Of a DNA stretch of 64,000 nucleotides, positions 1 through 8,776 are shown piece by piece (the stretch's first letter is position 1; every line of letters starts with the position of its first letter). The translations under genes and the position numbers were made by a program. The stretch is from the sequence record MZ501268.1, one strand, 5' to 3'. The notes under the pieces are model-generated. The model had not been told where the DNA came from. It saw nothing but the letters and a program-made list of their open reading frames with translations, and did no database searches.

Positions 1-212
1 TATACCTCTTGCTGACCCCAAGTATCTCTAAGGGGCAATTCCGTCGTACCGGTAAGGCATATCGCGATTATATAAACCAACGTGAACCTGAGCACTATGT
101 CACGCTTATGCAGGCGTATAACCACGTAGCCAAATGTTTGGGGTATCCGAGCTATCATGAGATGCCTCGTGTTTACCCGTTAATCAACCTCAATGCCGCT
201 GATTGGAAATGA
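1..212 (+). CDS. hypothetical protein, probably 5'-truncated by window edge
   Basis: Track ORF 9..212 starts at TTG and the frame stays open to position 3; it is followed by an RBS-led gene at 253. Confidence 0.45.
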   Translation, partial: YLLLTPSISKGQFRRTGKAYRDYINQREPEHYVTLMQAYNHVAKCLGYPSYHEMPRVYPLINLNAADWK

Positions 213-252
213 GTCAGCAAACCCATTTAATCTTAAGTGAAGGATACTCCCC

Positions 253-966
253 ATGAACAAAGAAACATACACTGAATGGTTCAAAGGTCTTAATGCGCGT
301 TTGGCTGATGGCACTTACACCAACAAAGTATATGAACGCCTCATCATTGATAATTTGCAGTCGTTAATCGTTAAGCGCTATAACGACAGACACAACCGCG
401 ATCAAATGACCTGGGCTGAGCACTACGAGCTAATTAACCATTACTTCGAAATGTTAATTGATGCGCCGCTGACCAATACTGGAGTAGTAACCCTGCTGCT
501 GTCAGTCAGGACAAACTTCAGGATGTTGCCTGCCGCGCGGGAATTGGCTGCTAAACATAAAACCACAATAATTGATCCCAACTTTTTAATGCCTGGGCGG
601 TTAATGGATAACCCTGGATTGCTGCGGAAGGTGGTTGTGCGCGGCACTGAGACAATGGTAGATCGTCCGGTGATCACACAGGTCAACGAGGCGGATGATG
701 AGATGACTATTGCACTGCCATGGAAACTGGCGCTGCACGTCTATAAGGGATTCCTGGTAAAAGAGCTGATGGCGAATCATGACTTCAGCTACCATGATGC
801 TTACAAGTATATCACTGATCATTATAGTGAGTATGATGAGTTGTTAGATAAACTCATCCAGGATATCATTACTCATAAGGAATCGCATTTAGTGTCAGTC
901 GGTGGCGGTATCACCGCAGCAGGGACGGGTCTGGTTGTGAGTGGAGTTATTAAACCGGAGGAGTAA
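253..966 (+). CDS. protein containing an RNA polymerase beta-prime-like fragment (no NADFDGD catalytic motif)
   Basis: RBS AAGGA. The C-terminal half (GLLRK..RPVI..ALPWKLALHVYKGFLVKELM..SYHDAYKY..YDELLDKLIQDII) parallels the beta-prime segment that precedes the catalytic motif. Confidence 0.6.
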   Translation: MNKETYTEWFKGLNARLADGTYTNKVYERLIIDNLQSLIVKRYNDRHNRDQMTWAEHYELINHYFEMLIDAPLTNTGVVTLLLSVRTNFRMLPAARELAAKHKTTIIDPNFLMPGRLMDNPGLLRKVVVRGTETMVDRPVITQVNEADDEMTIALPWKLALHVYKGFLVKELMANHDFSYHDAYKYITDHYSEYDELLDKLIQDIITHKESHLVSVGGGITAAGTGLVVSGVIKPEE

Positions 967-1535
967 TGGAAAAGGATATACAAACGACCTTCAAGGAACG
1001 TTACGGGGATTTAATTAAACCAGGTAACGAAATTACTGTTCCTTTATACCACATCAGTTTTCATGGTGATCGTGAAGGCATCTGGATACCTAAAGTACCG
1101 GACTCCCCTTTCGACACACCAAAGAACCCAAGCATCTCTTACGAAATGCCAATACCTCGTATTTGTGTAGCCCCTTCTATCGAGCAATGTTTCTGGGCAA
1201 TCTACCCGAACATCTCTCATTACTTTGAGGAGGAGAACTACGCTGCGATGTGCTTTACGGTGTACCGACCCATGTTAAACGCGAACAGTGCGGTGGTAGA
1301 CACTGCCGCATTAACTCAACGGCAGTTAGTGTGTGATGCGCATGTCACCGGAGAGCACTGGTTGCTTGGCGAGACCTTCATGGAGATTGTTGATCAGATT
1401 CGTATCAATAATACCTCTGCTGGGGAATTCGTCAAGTATCGTCCGTATAACTCTCAGGAAGGTTATGAGTGGGAACTTGCGCCTAAGAATGTAGTCTATA
1501 CTCAATTAACCTATTGTCCCTGCGGTAAGGAATAA
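966..1535 (+). CDS. putative ADP-ribosyltransferase-fold protein
   Basis: LYHIS ... PRICVAPSIEQC ... TGEHW pattern resembles the ART H / S-x-S-like / E arrangement; start overlaps the upstream stop (TAATG). Confidence 0.45.
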   Translation: MEKDIQTTFKERYGDLIKPGNEITVPLYHISFHGDREGIWIPKVPDSPFDTPKNPSISYEMPIPRICVAPSIEQCFWAIYPNISHYFEEENYAAMCFTVYRPMLNANSAVVDTAALTQRQLVCDAHVTGEHWLLGETFMEIVDQIRINNTSAGEFVKYRPYNSQEGYEWELAPKNVVYTQLTYCPCGKE

Positions 1536-1540
1536 AAAAT

Positions 1541-2290
1541 ATGATCAAAGCTTCTACTGATGACACGCATACTGCTTATGACATGTCAAATAACGAAATC
1601 AACGAACTGGCGTTTGAAGTCAACCGCATTGCCGGATTTGCTATTCGTCGTGAGCATATCGTGATCGCCATGTTTCATTACAAAAAGAATGATCCTGCGC
1701 ATCAACCCGACCATGCGATTACTGTAATGAATGAAGCGAGCTCCATCATCGCACGCTTCCCACAACTCGAGAAGTGGCGTAAACAGATCATGCTGGGTTG
1801 TCTCTTCCACGATACGCATTGTCATGTGGATCGTGATATGCATCATCTACTGGGGGCGAATCATGTACAACGCATACTCGGAGCCAGTGCCGATGATTAT
1901 GGGTTAAGCTTAGCAGACGTCTACCTGATCTCTCAAGCCGTTCTTGAACATCGTGCCTCTTGGAAGTACCCGCGTATTAACCCTGTATCCAACGCTGTGG
2001 CTTCTGCTGATCGTGGTTACCCTGATCTACAGAAATACATCCGGCGTGCAGTACAGTACCGTTACAAGCGCATGGCGGTGATCAACATGAATACCATCAT
2101 CTCTGAATCGATCGAACACATGATCGAGAAGTTCGGGGATGACGGGTATGCGTGGGAGTCTTACCCAGACTATGCACAAACCATGCACGGTAAGGTGATT
2201 GAAGAGATCAAAGAGACCCTACGTTCACCATCAGGTCGGGCTGCGTTGAAAGCTTACGCAGAACTCAACTACGATGAGTGGATTGAATGA
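1541..2290 (+). CDS. HD-domain phosphohydrolase
   Basis: HQPDHA ... CLFHDTH ... HHLLGA ... EHR ... ADR metal-binding motifs. Confidence 0.8.
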   Translation: MIKASTDDTHTAYDMSNNEINELAFEVNRIAGFAIRREHIVIAMFHYKKNDPAHQPDHAITVMNEASSIIARFPQLEKWRKQIMLGCLFHDTHCHVDRDMHHLLGANHVQRILGASADDYGLSLADVYLISQAVLEHRASWKYPRINPVSNAVASADRGYPDLQKYIRRAVQYRYKRMAVINMNTIISESIEHMIEKFGDDGYAWESYPDYAQTMHGKVIEEIKETLRSPSGRAALKAYAELNYDEWIE

Positions 2291-2391
2291 TCTGGCCAGT
2301 GCTTGGGATGGTGGCTTTTGCGATCATCCTATTTGTGGTAGGTCGGGCTATTGAAGCCGAAGAAATCAAACGTCTAACACGCCGACGCTAA
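2287..2391 (+). CDS. 34-aa membrane mini-protein (MIWPVLGMVAFAIILFVVGRAIEAEEIKRLTRRR)
   Basis: Hand-translated; ATGA overlaps the upstream stop; N-terminal hydrophobic helix. Confidence 0.6.
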   Translation: MIWPVLGMVAFAIILFVVGRAIEAEEIKRLTRRR

Positions 2392-2416
2392 GTCGGCTTT
2401 TTGTAAAAGGTAAGTA

Positions 2417-2530
2417 ATGAACATGTTAATCCTACTGGCTGCTGTATTAGTGGTTGTCATTGTTGTTGCCGCAGTCCTGCACAAGAAACAGCATTCCTCT
2501 CGCAAGCACAAGTTTATCCGCCGGCGCTAA
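2417..2530 (+). CDS. 37-aa membrane mini-protein (MNMLILLAAVLVVVIVVAAVLHKKQHSSRKHKFIRRR)
   Basis: Hand-translated; RBS AAGGT; TM helix plus basic tail. Confidence 0.65.
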   Translation: MNMLILLAAVLVVVIVVAAVLHKKQHSSRKHKFIRRR

Positions 2531-2663
2531 GCCGGTATTATGTTGGTTATTTTTTGTACAATTAAACAAGGTTGCCTCTTTGTTATACAAGAGGTTTAAA
2601 AGTCTCTACCCGAGCTAAGGGTAACGTGAACAGTTATGCTGATCAATAAATAAGGAACTCTCT

Positions 2664-3191
2664 ATGATTGTTGAATTCAAGCCCTTCCCCTGGATTCCTA
2701 TCCTTATCCTTCTGGGTATCGCCGTGTTGTGGTATTTACACAACCGGCAAAAGCATCTGCAGGCGATCATGGATTATCACCGTCGGATGCAAGTCCAGAC
2801 AATCCTTATCACCTCGAAGATGTTGCTGAAGACCTTTGCTGACAACATAGCGTCAGCGTGCAAGGAGGATACCTACCTGCCTGATCCCAGTCGATCTGTT
2901 GAAGCTGACCGGGGATCTGTCCGTGGAGTCGCATCGGTATTTGCGACCTGGTACAACATGGCAGTGATTCCAGCGCATAACTTTAATCCTACGTTTGGAG
3001 ATATTGTCATCACCAAAACGGATTACGTCGAGGTAGATGACGGCATCTATGTGGAGTTCTATCTGGGTGAACAGCGTAATGATGTGGTTAGGCACTTTAT
3101 ACCTGACCGGGCCTTACAGGCCTTTATTACCCGAACACGCGGCTTCAGCGTATACTTACAACAGGCCGTGAATACACCACCACCACATTGA
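2664..3191 (+). CDS. N-terminally membrane-anchored hypothetical protein
   Basis: RBS AAGGA; TM segment WIPILILLGIAVLWYL. Confidence 0.7.
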   Translation: MIVEFKPFPWIPILILLGIAVLWYLHNRQKHLQAIMDYHRRMQVQTILITSKMLLKTFADNIASACKEDTYLPDPSRSVEADRGSVRGVASVFATWYNMAVIPAHNFNPTFGDIVITKTDYVEVDDGIYVEFYLGEQRNDVVRHFIPDRALQAFITRTRGFSVYLQQAVNTPPPH

Positions 3192-3730
3192 GGTGTCTTA
3201 TGACCGAATATGGTTTCCTGCTGAATACAGTCCTTCTGGTTTTCCTGATCTTTTACGTTTGGCGTTTCCACGCGCTGGTAAACAACAATGAGAAAGCAAT
3301 CATCGCGGCAGATTACAATGCCAAGCTGCGTTTCTTAACCTACAGCAGCCGCAAGATGTTGGCTGATCTGTACTCCTCATTGGATCTCCCCACACTTACC
3401 GGTTGTGCGAAGATGTACCTTCGTGATGACGGAACCTTGGCGAACATTGAAGTCATTATGAAACGGTTTGTAAAAGAACATAATGACATCATCGACAAGT
3501 TGAGTGAAGGGGTGAAAGCCGAGCACATGAAGATCACCGGCGTAACGGTAACTGAGAATACCAAGACCAGTGAAATCTCCATCACGTTGCTCTACCCCAA
3601 TAAGTACAAAGACATTCTGGTGTTTCACCACAACCATCTAGCGCAAGCAGTCTATCAGCTGGATCGGTTGTCGCATCGATTGTCGACGTTCAATACCTCT
3701 GTGCCCAATCGGGACCTGTATCAGATGTGA
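3188..3730 (+). CDS. N-terminally membrane-anchored hypothetical protein
   Basis: TM segment FLLNTVLLVFLIFYVW; true start may be ATG at 3200. Confidence 0.7.
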   Translation: MRCLMTEYGFLLNTVLLVFLIFYVWRFHALVNNNEKAIIAADYNAKLRFLTYSSRKMLADLYSSLDLPTLTGCAKMYLRDDGTLANIEVIMKRFVKEHNDIIDKLSEGVKAEHMKITGVTVTENTKTSEISITLLYPNKYKDILVFHHNHLAQAVYQLDRLSHRLSTFNTSVPNRDLYQM

Positions 3731-3739
3731 CCATACTAC

Positions 3740-3767
3740 GGGAGGGCTTCGGTCCTCCCTTATGCCG
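3740..3767 (+). terminator. hairpin + TTATGCCG terminator
   Basis: GGGAGGGC-TTCG-GTCCTCCC, then TTATGCCG, then a T-run. Confidence 0.8.
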
Positions 3768-3849
3768 CCTATCTTTTTTTTTTGATCATTACTATGATTT
3801 GCAAGAAATCACCAGTAGTTCAATTAACCTAACCTGATAGGAGTTACCC

Positions 3850-5748
3850 ATGGCCGAAGCCACTTTAACACCACTACAACAGCTGAGTGCTGCCCAAGCA
3901 GCAGATCCAGCCAGTCGTGTTATGCTCATGAGCAAAGGCGAAATAGCTTACTTCCCACTGAGCGTCCTGACCGAACAACTGAACAGCATTATCTCCCTGG
4001 ATACGCTGAAGGTTGCTGATGGTCTGTGCCTCATTGGTCAGATCTTGTCGTTTGACGATCTGCGTAAATTAAAACCCCGGTCCGAAGGTGCACGTATTTC
4101 TTTGCGTGGCTGGAACACCAATACCTGCTATGGTGGTGGCGAGTTTATTGGCCATCTAACCAAAGGTACGGATGATGGCGGTACCATCGCTGCGGGATCT
4201 GGTTATTACTGGGAACGTGTGTGCAACGACCCTGCTGAACTTAATGTCACCCACTGGGGCGCTGTCCCAGATGGCAAGACTGACGCCGCACCGGCCATGT
4301 TGAATATGTACAACTGGTCATTTGCTAAGTTCCAGGGCGTGGGGATTCGATTCCCAGCAGGCACGTTCTTTGTTTCTCAGTTCAAGCCAGGCAAAGAACT
4401 GAACATCATCCGCATTACTGGCAACCCAACCAACTTTGGTTATCACGGTTCGACAATTCTGGTGTCGGATAATAATGATAACTTCATGATTGACTTGACT
4501 GCCCGTAAAGTGGAGTTGGCGAACTTTATCTTCCGTGGCACAACCACTGTTGCTGCACCAACGAAGAAAAGCATCTACAGCAACAACATTGCTGGCGGTC
4601 AGTATTTCAACGGCACCTGTCTGCGGTTTGAAAACATTGGCGGGAAATCCATCTGCCTGGTCGATACCTTAGACACTCACCTGAACCAGTGGTACGCATC
4701 CGGCTGTACGGGTGATGTGATTACTGCCACCTGGTCAGGGCGTGCTGCCGGGGTCTGGGATCACAGTACGGCGATTGAGCTTTCTAACTTTAACGTACAG
4801 AACGTGCGTGGAGCGAAAGTGTTCAACCTGCCACGTTGTACCCAGTCCTTCATGTATAATGGTTGGATTGAGCACTGTGATGACCCAGGCGATATCAACA
4901 ATGGCCAGTGGGTGATTACCGGTCTTAGCATCGAAGACTGTAAAGCGGCCTTGCGTGCGTCTTACTCTCGTCTGGTGGAAACTGCCCGTAGTCTGCAGTC
5001 TGGTTCGAAGATTGACTACTCCATCGACCCAACCATTGAAGAATGGCTGAGTGAATGGGAACGTGGCCGTGTTGATATTCAGAACTACGGCGTCTACACC
5101 GATGGCTCGATTGAGTTCGGTGCCATGATGTCCCGTAACAAACTGAGCAACTCTGCTGCGTCTGCGAAGTGGTTCCGTGTGGGCAAGTTCTTCTCGCCTG
5201 CTGAAGGTGACCAGATCGATGTCAACTTAATCGGTACCGGCAACTTCCTTTCGGTGGGTGCGGTCATTGAGAACGTTGACTCCGTTCGTCAAGGTGGTGG
5301 TAACACCCTGATTCGTCTGCAGTATAAGAGTAAAGCCATTGGCGCAACACTCATGCCTTTTGGTTCTTCTCCTATTCAGGCTGCGTTGTTTGTTAAAGAC
5401 GGATCGACGTTCCAGTTGTATGTGCAGCTGAAACCATATACCCGTAACGTGATCCCGGTGGTCACGGCAACAGGTATTACACACTTTGAGAAAGGAGTGT
5501 CGTTCTACTTCCGTCCTGACATCGCGGGATTAGCCGATGCTGAGATTGCTGACTTGGTTGGTGCAACTGTCATCAACGAACAGTGGTCGATTGGTCAGGC
5601 AGCAGGCGTAGGTGTAACCAATGAAGGTAACCTGGTATTGAAAGGCAAGATCGTTAACAATCACTTAGCAGTACAGGTGATGGTGAGCACGGCGGCCTAT
5701 GCAAAACCAGAGATCCGTTACCTTGAATTGAAGACTGAAGCCAAATAA
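3850..5748 (+). CDS. tailspike-like parallel beta-helix (pectate-lyase-like) protein, related to AmsF-type EPS proteins; putative depolymerase/adhesin
   Basis: GGGEFIG, DDGGTIAAG, NVTHWGAVPDGKTDAAPA and GIRFPAGTF motifs typical of tailspike/AmsF beta-helix N-terminal regions; own terminator. Confidence 0.65.
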   Translation: MAEATLTPLQQLSAAQAADPASRVMLMSKGEIAYFPLSVLTEQLNSIISLDTLKVADGLCLIGQILSFDDLRKLKPRSEGARISLRGWNTNTCYGGGEFIGHLTKGTDDGGTIAAGSGYYWERVCNDPAELNVTHWGAVPDGKTDAAPAMLNMYNWSFAKFQGVGIRFPAGTFFVSQFKPGKELNIIRITGNPTNFGYHGSTILVSDNNDNFMIDLTARKVELANFIFRGTTTVAAPTKKSIYSNNIAGGQYFNGTCLRFENIGGKSICLVDTLDTHLNQWYASGCTGDVITATWSGRAAGVWDHSTAIELSNFNVQNVRGAKVFNLPRCTQSFMYNGWIEHCDDPGDINNGQWVITGLSIEDCKAALRASYSRLVETARSLQSGSKIDYSIDPTIEEWLSEWERGRVDIQNYGVYTDGSIEFGAMMSRNKLSNSAASAKWFRVGKFFSPAEGDQIDVNLIGTGNFLSVGAVIENVDSVRQGGGNTLIRLQYKSKAIGATLMPFGSSPIQAALFVKDGSTFQLYVQLKPYTRNVIPVVTATGITHFEKGVSFYFRPDIAGLADAEIADLVGATVINEQWSIGQAAGVGVTNEGNLVLKGKIVNNHLAVQVMVSTAAYAKPEIRYLELKTEAK

Positions 5749-5772
5749 GTCTTCTGGTACCCTACTGTATAT

Positions 5773-5801
5773 GAGGAGGGGAAACCCTCCTCTTTATGCC
5801 G
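5773..5801 (+). terminator. hairpin + TTATGCCG terminator
   Basis: GAGGAGGG-GAAA-CCCTCCTC, then TTTATGCCG. Confidence 0.8.
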
Positions 5802-5828
5802 TCTTCTTTTATTAGACATTTTCTCACC

Positions 5829-5846
5829 TCTATATTACCAGGTTGC
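5829..5846 (+). promoter_or_regulatory. putative early (virion RNAP) promoter
   Basis: TCTATATTAC contains the phiKZ early consensus TATATTAC; intergenic, just after a terminator. Confidence 0.6.
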
Positions 5847-5944
5847 TAGACCGTTACAGGTCTTGTAGAAATGGACACAGAAACTAAGTTATATATCCCG
5901 CAGACCAAATAAAGTGTCTGCTAAATAAAGAAGAGGATTGCACA

Positions 5945-6655
5945 ATGAGTAAGCTGACTAAAATGGTTAATCTGGCCCGTCTGGCCGATTTTGTTAACCA
6001 GAACTTTGGTACGGATTACCATCTCCCGTTTGTGATTGAGATAGTCCGTAATGATCTTGGGCGAGGTGAAGGTCATTACCGAGTTGATCTCCATTGCCTG
6101 GCCACACCCGTGAGTAACTCTTCCGGACTAGTCTACAGCATCCCGGTTGCGTTAAGCCTGATTGATGAGACCGATCTGTTTAATCAGACTGCTGCAAGTA
6201 TTGTGGGGGCAGGTGCCGCCATCGAGATAGTGGGTCGCGTTTTGTGGTACTGGCTTGTTACACCGAGTTCTATTAAACACCGCGAAGAAGCATTGAAAGT
6301 GGTTCATCAGGCATGGGATGCGTGGACACTCGCCACCTCTATTATGGACGGGTCTAAATCACGTGAGCTGATGCAGCGACCAAACTTCATCTGTGCTGGC
6401 GTCAATATCAATCAACACGTCTTGTGCCAGACCCACAAACTCGGGGCACATTCGGCCTGGTTGAAACGCCGCACCTTCCTAAAAGAGGATACCGTGCACA
6501 TTGAGTCGCGTTGGACATTTTCTCGCAGCAGTCAAACTGAAGATGGCGGCTTGCATGAAGTCAAGCATATCTTGACCTATGTGAATCCGGCTGACGTGGC
6601 ACCAAAGCAGTATGGGGCGATCGCGTTAGAGTTTGATTTCTTTTTACGGAAGTAA
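5945..6655 (+). CDS. hypothetical protein
   Basis: 236-aa ORF with RBS GAGGA. Confidence 0.75.
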   Translation: MSKLTKMVNLARLADFVNQNFGTDYHLPFVIEIVRNDLGRGEGHYRVDLHCLATPVSNSSGLVYSIPVALSLIDETDLFNQTAASIVGAGAAIEIVGRVLWYWLVTPSSIKHREEALKVVHQAWDAWTLATSIMDGSKSRELMQRPNFICAGVNINQHVLCQTHKLGAHSAWLKRRTFLKEDTVHIESRWTFSRSSQTEDGGLHEVKHILTYVNPADVAPKQYGAIALEFDFFLRK

Positions 6656-6665
6656 CAAACGAACT

Positions 6666-6683
6666 GGGAAGCTTCGGCTTCCC
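6666..6683 (+). terminator. intrinsic terminator hairpin
   Basis: GGGAAGC-TTCG-GCTTCCC followed by T-rich sequence. Confidence 0.7.
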
Positions 6684-6726
6684 TTACTTTCCAATTCTTT
6701 TATTTTTGAATGAAAGAAATCATAAA

Positions 6727-6744
6727 CCTACATTACTACTGTGA
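6727..6744 (+). promoter_or_regulatory. putative early promoter CCTACATTAC-N4-GTGA
   Basis: Match to the motif repeated upstream of many + strand operons. Confidence 0.6.
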
Positions 6745-6781
6745 TAGGCCTGATCAACAATTTAACATAAGGAAATTTGTA

Positions 6782-7252
6782 ATGAACGAAATCACATTTA
6801 AAGATGAGCGCTATTACGACTTGATCACCAAAGAGCAGTTGACTGCGGGTCATGTTGTTTTGTTATCTGTTAAAGGCCAGCCTGCCGGAGTGATGACACC
6901 TGCTGTACAGTGGGCAAAGGATAACCTAATCAATGCGGTTGTGGTATACGGTACCACCAATGACCTGCAGGCTATCCGCGATGAAGTCATGAAAGTTACC
7001 CAGCCGATCGTAGTGGTGTTGACCGGATCAACGATGTCAATGCACGAACTCTCTCACTGGGCGCGGGATGCCAATGTGGTTGTGTTCTTGGCTGTTGACG
7101 CGAATGCGGCACTTCCCCGCTATCATGTATTACTGGCAGCCTGTATGGTTGAGTTGACGTATGACCACACCGGGCGAGTTGCTCAAGCTCGAGCTATTCG
7201 TAATATACACACTGCATCTGGCTGGGTGCTTGACTTTACCGAGGATAAATAA
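6782..7252 (+). CDS. degenerate RecA/DnaB-fold protein (Walker A lost)
   Basis: Start moved from 6710 to ATG 6782 (RBS AAGGA, downstream of the promoter motif); strand/helix order resembles DnaB/KaiC, ending ARAIRN. Confidence 0.4.
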   Translation: MNEITFKDERYYDLITKEQLTAGHVVLLSVKGQPAGVMTPAVQWAKDNLINAVVVYGTTNDLQAIRDEVMKVTQPIVVVLTGSTMSMHELSHWARDANVVVFLAVDANAALPRYHVLLAACMVELTYDHTGRVAQARAIRNIHTASGWVLDFTEDK

Positions 7253-7738
7253 ATGCCCTCTGGAAAAGAACCAGCATCACTTGAAGAACTCAAGTTGGGT
7301 TTCCTAACCATTCTTCATCGGCTCGAAGGTCTGTATATGCAGGCTTTGTATACCCCTACCCGTGTGATTGATGTCAGTGGGCGGATGGTGTTGTGGTGCA
7401 GTGAGCTGGAGGTTATCTGGGGCGAGATCATTCTGGCGTATGACCGTAAAAACAGGGATGCGATCAAAGCGGGTACTGAACGGTCTTTCAACACGCAAGT
7501 GGTTGAGCACGAACACTTTGTCAACGCCAGTAAAGGCACGGCTGTGTATGACAACTTAGCCCGACGTAACTATGCGGAAAAAGATCGTTACACACTCAAG
7601 CCCTATGTGGTTCATACCCTTCGCACCCAAGTGTTCGAAGACTTGAAACCCATCGGGATGCGTTTTGCAATACGCGAGCTGTGTAATCAGCTGTCGCGTT
7701 CAATTAATCATTTCAGTAGCATCAACCCAACCAATTAA
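7253..7738 (+). CDS. hypothetical protein
   Basis: 161-aa ORF abutting the upstream gene; RBS GAGGA. Confidence 0.7.
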   Translation: MPSGKEPASLEELKLGFLTILHRLEGLYMQALYTPTRVIDVSGRMVLWCSELEVIWGEIILAYDRKNRDAIKAGTERSFNTQVVEHEHFVNASKGTAVYDNLARRNYAEKDRYTLKPYVVHTLRTQVFEDLKPIGMRFAIRELCNQLSRSINHFSSINPTN

Positions 7739-7764
7739 CTTAACCTTTCTGTGGAGTAACTACT

Positions 7765-8373
7765 ATGCAATTAAATCAAGCCGCAGCACTTTTAATGGGC
7801 GTCGGACTTCTCAACGTTTTGATCGTGATTGGCGGTATTATGCTGATTATGCGTAACCAGTTCCGTTATGCCAGTTTCAGCAAAACGCGTTACGACAACC
7901 TGGTCAAAATGCGCATGGTTGATTTACATAACCAAATCATGTCTGATCTCAGCGACATCTTTACCCGCTATCTGCTTTTACGTAAAAGCAGTTACCACGC
8001 GCATGATATTGATCTTGAAGGTGCCGCTGGCATGATCATGTCACAGCTCCACGGTATTATGGCGCACTTTAATAGCGAACTCAGTTATAACGAGCATTAT
8101 GACCAATTGGTTGGATTAGAGTTTTTACCTGATATCAACATCCGTCATCAGAGTGATCGCATCATCTTTAGTATCCAACGCAAAGGTGAAACGTACCGCG
8201 AACTGACATTATGTAACCCGGAGTATTTCGCGCCGCTGTTAATGGCTGAGCTCCAGGCGTATCGTGAGAAGATGAAAACCCGCGTGGTGTGTAAGGTTCA
8301 TCGTAAATACGAATCCGTGCCACAAACGTATCTGTCTTACGCTGCAGCTAAAATGCACGAACAAAAAGCTTAA
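7765..8373 (+). CDS. N-terminally membrane-anchored hypothetical protein
   Basis: RBS GGAG; TM segment LLMGVGLLNVLIVIGGIMLI. Confidence 0.7.
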   Translation: MQLNQAAALLMGVGLLNVLIVIGGIMLIMRNQFRYASFSKTRYDNLVKMRMVDLHNQIMSDLSDIFTRYLLLRKSSYHAHDIDLEGAAGMIMSQLHGIMAHFNSELSYNEHYDQLVGLEFLPDINIRHQSDRIIFSIQRKGETYRELTLCNPEYFAPLLMAELQAYREKMKTRVVCKVHRKYESVPQTYLSYAAAKMHEQKA

Positions 8374-8378
8374 CTAAT

Positions 8379-8398
8379 AAGAGGGCTTCGGCCCTCTT
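8379..8398 (+). terminator. intrinsic terminator
   Basis: AAGAGGGC-TTCG-GCCCTCTT plus T-run. Confidence 0.8.
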
Positions 8399-8478
8399 TA
8401 TTTTTTGACCTAACAGTAAATCTGTACAGATTAATTAAATCCTTTAGTAACCCTTGTAATCGGGAATAAACAATAACC

Positions 8479-8775
8479 ATGTCAAATACAACTGTCCAAC
8501 ACGCTCTGAATACCATCACCAGCACTTACGCTAAAGTCGAGATTGTTTCTATTGATGGGCTGACTGCGTGCTTTGGCACTCTGAGTGACGGTAGGATTGA
8601 GACGACTTATGTTGGTAACCTTCCCCCTTTCAGTGAAGGCGCGGTCAAGCGCTTGTATAACGCCAAATGGTCACAGCGTCAGATCGGTTATCTGTATGGC
8701 ATGTCGCAACCTAAGATTGCGGCTATAATGAAATCCCGCACCACTACTGTTCCCCATACCTTAAAAGGTTATTGA
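8479..8775 (+). CDS. helix-turn-helix DNA-binding protein
   Basis: WSQRQIGYLYGMSQPKIAAIMK is a typical HTH. Confidence 0.65.
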   Translation: MSNTTVQHALNTITSTYAKVEIVSIDGLTACFGTLSDGRIETTYVGNLPPFSEGAVKRLYNAKWSQRQIGYLYGMSQPKIAAIMKSRTTTVPHTLKGY

Positions 8776-8776
8776 C

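Noticed and set aside
5869-5920. 13-aa ORF MDTETKLYIPQTK and small hairpins in the 5.85-5.94 kb leader
   Set aside because: No clear RBS and too short to support; could be chance
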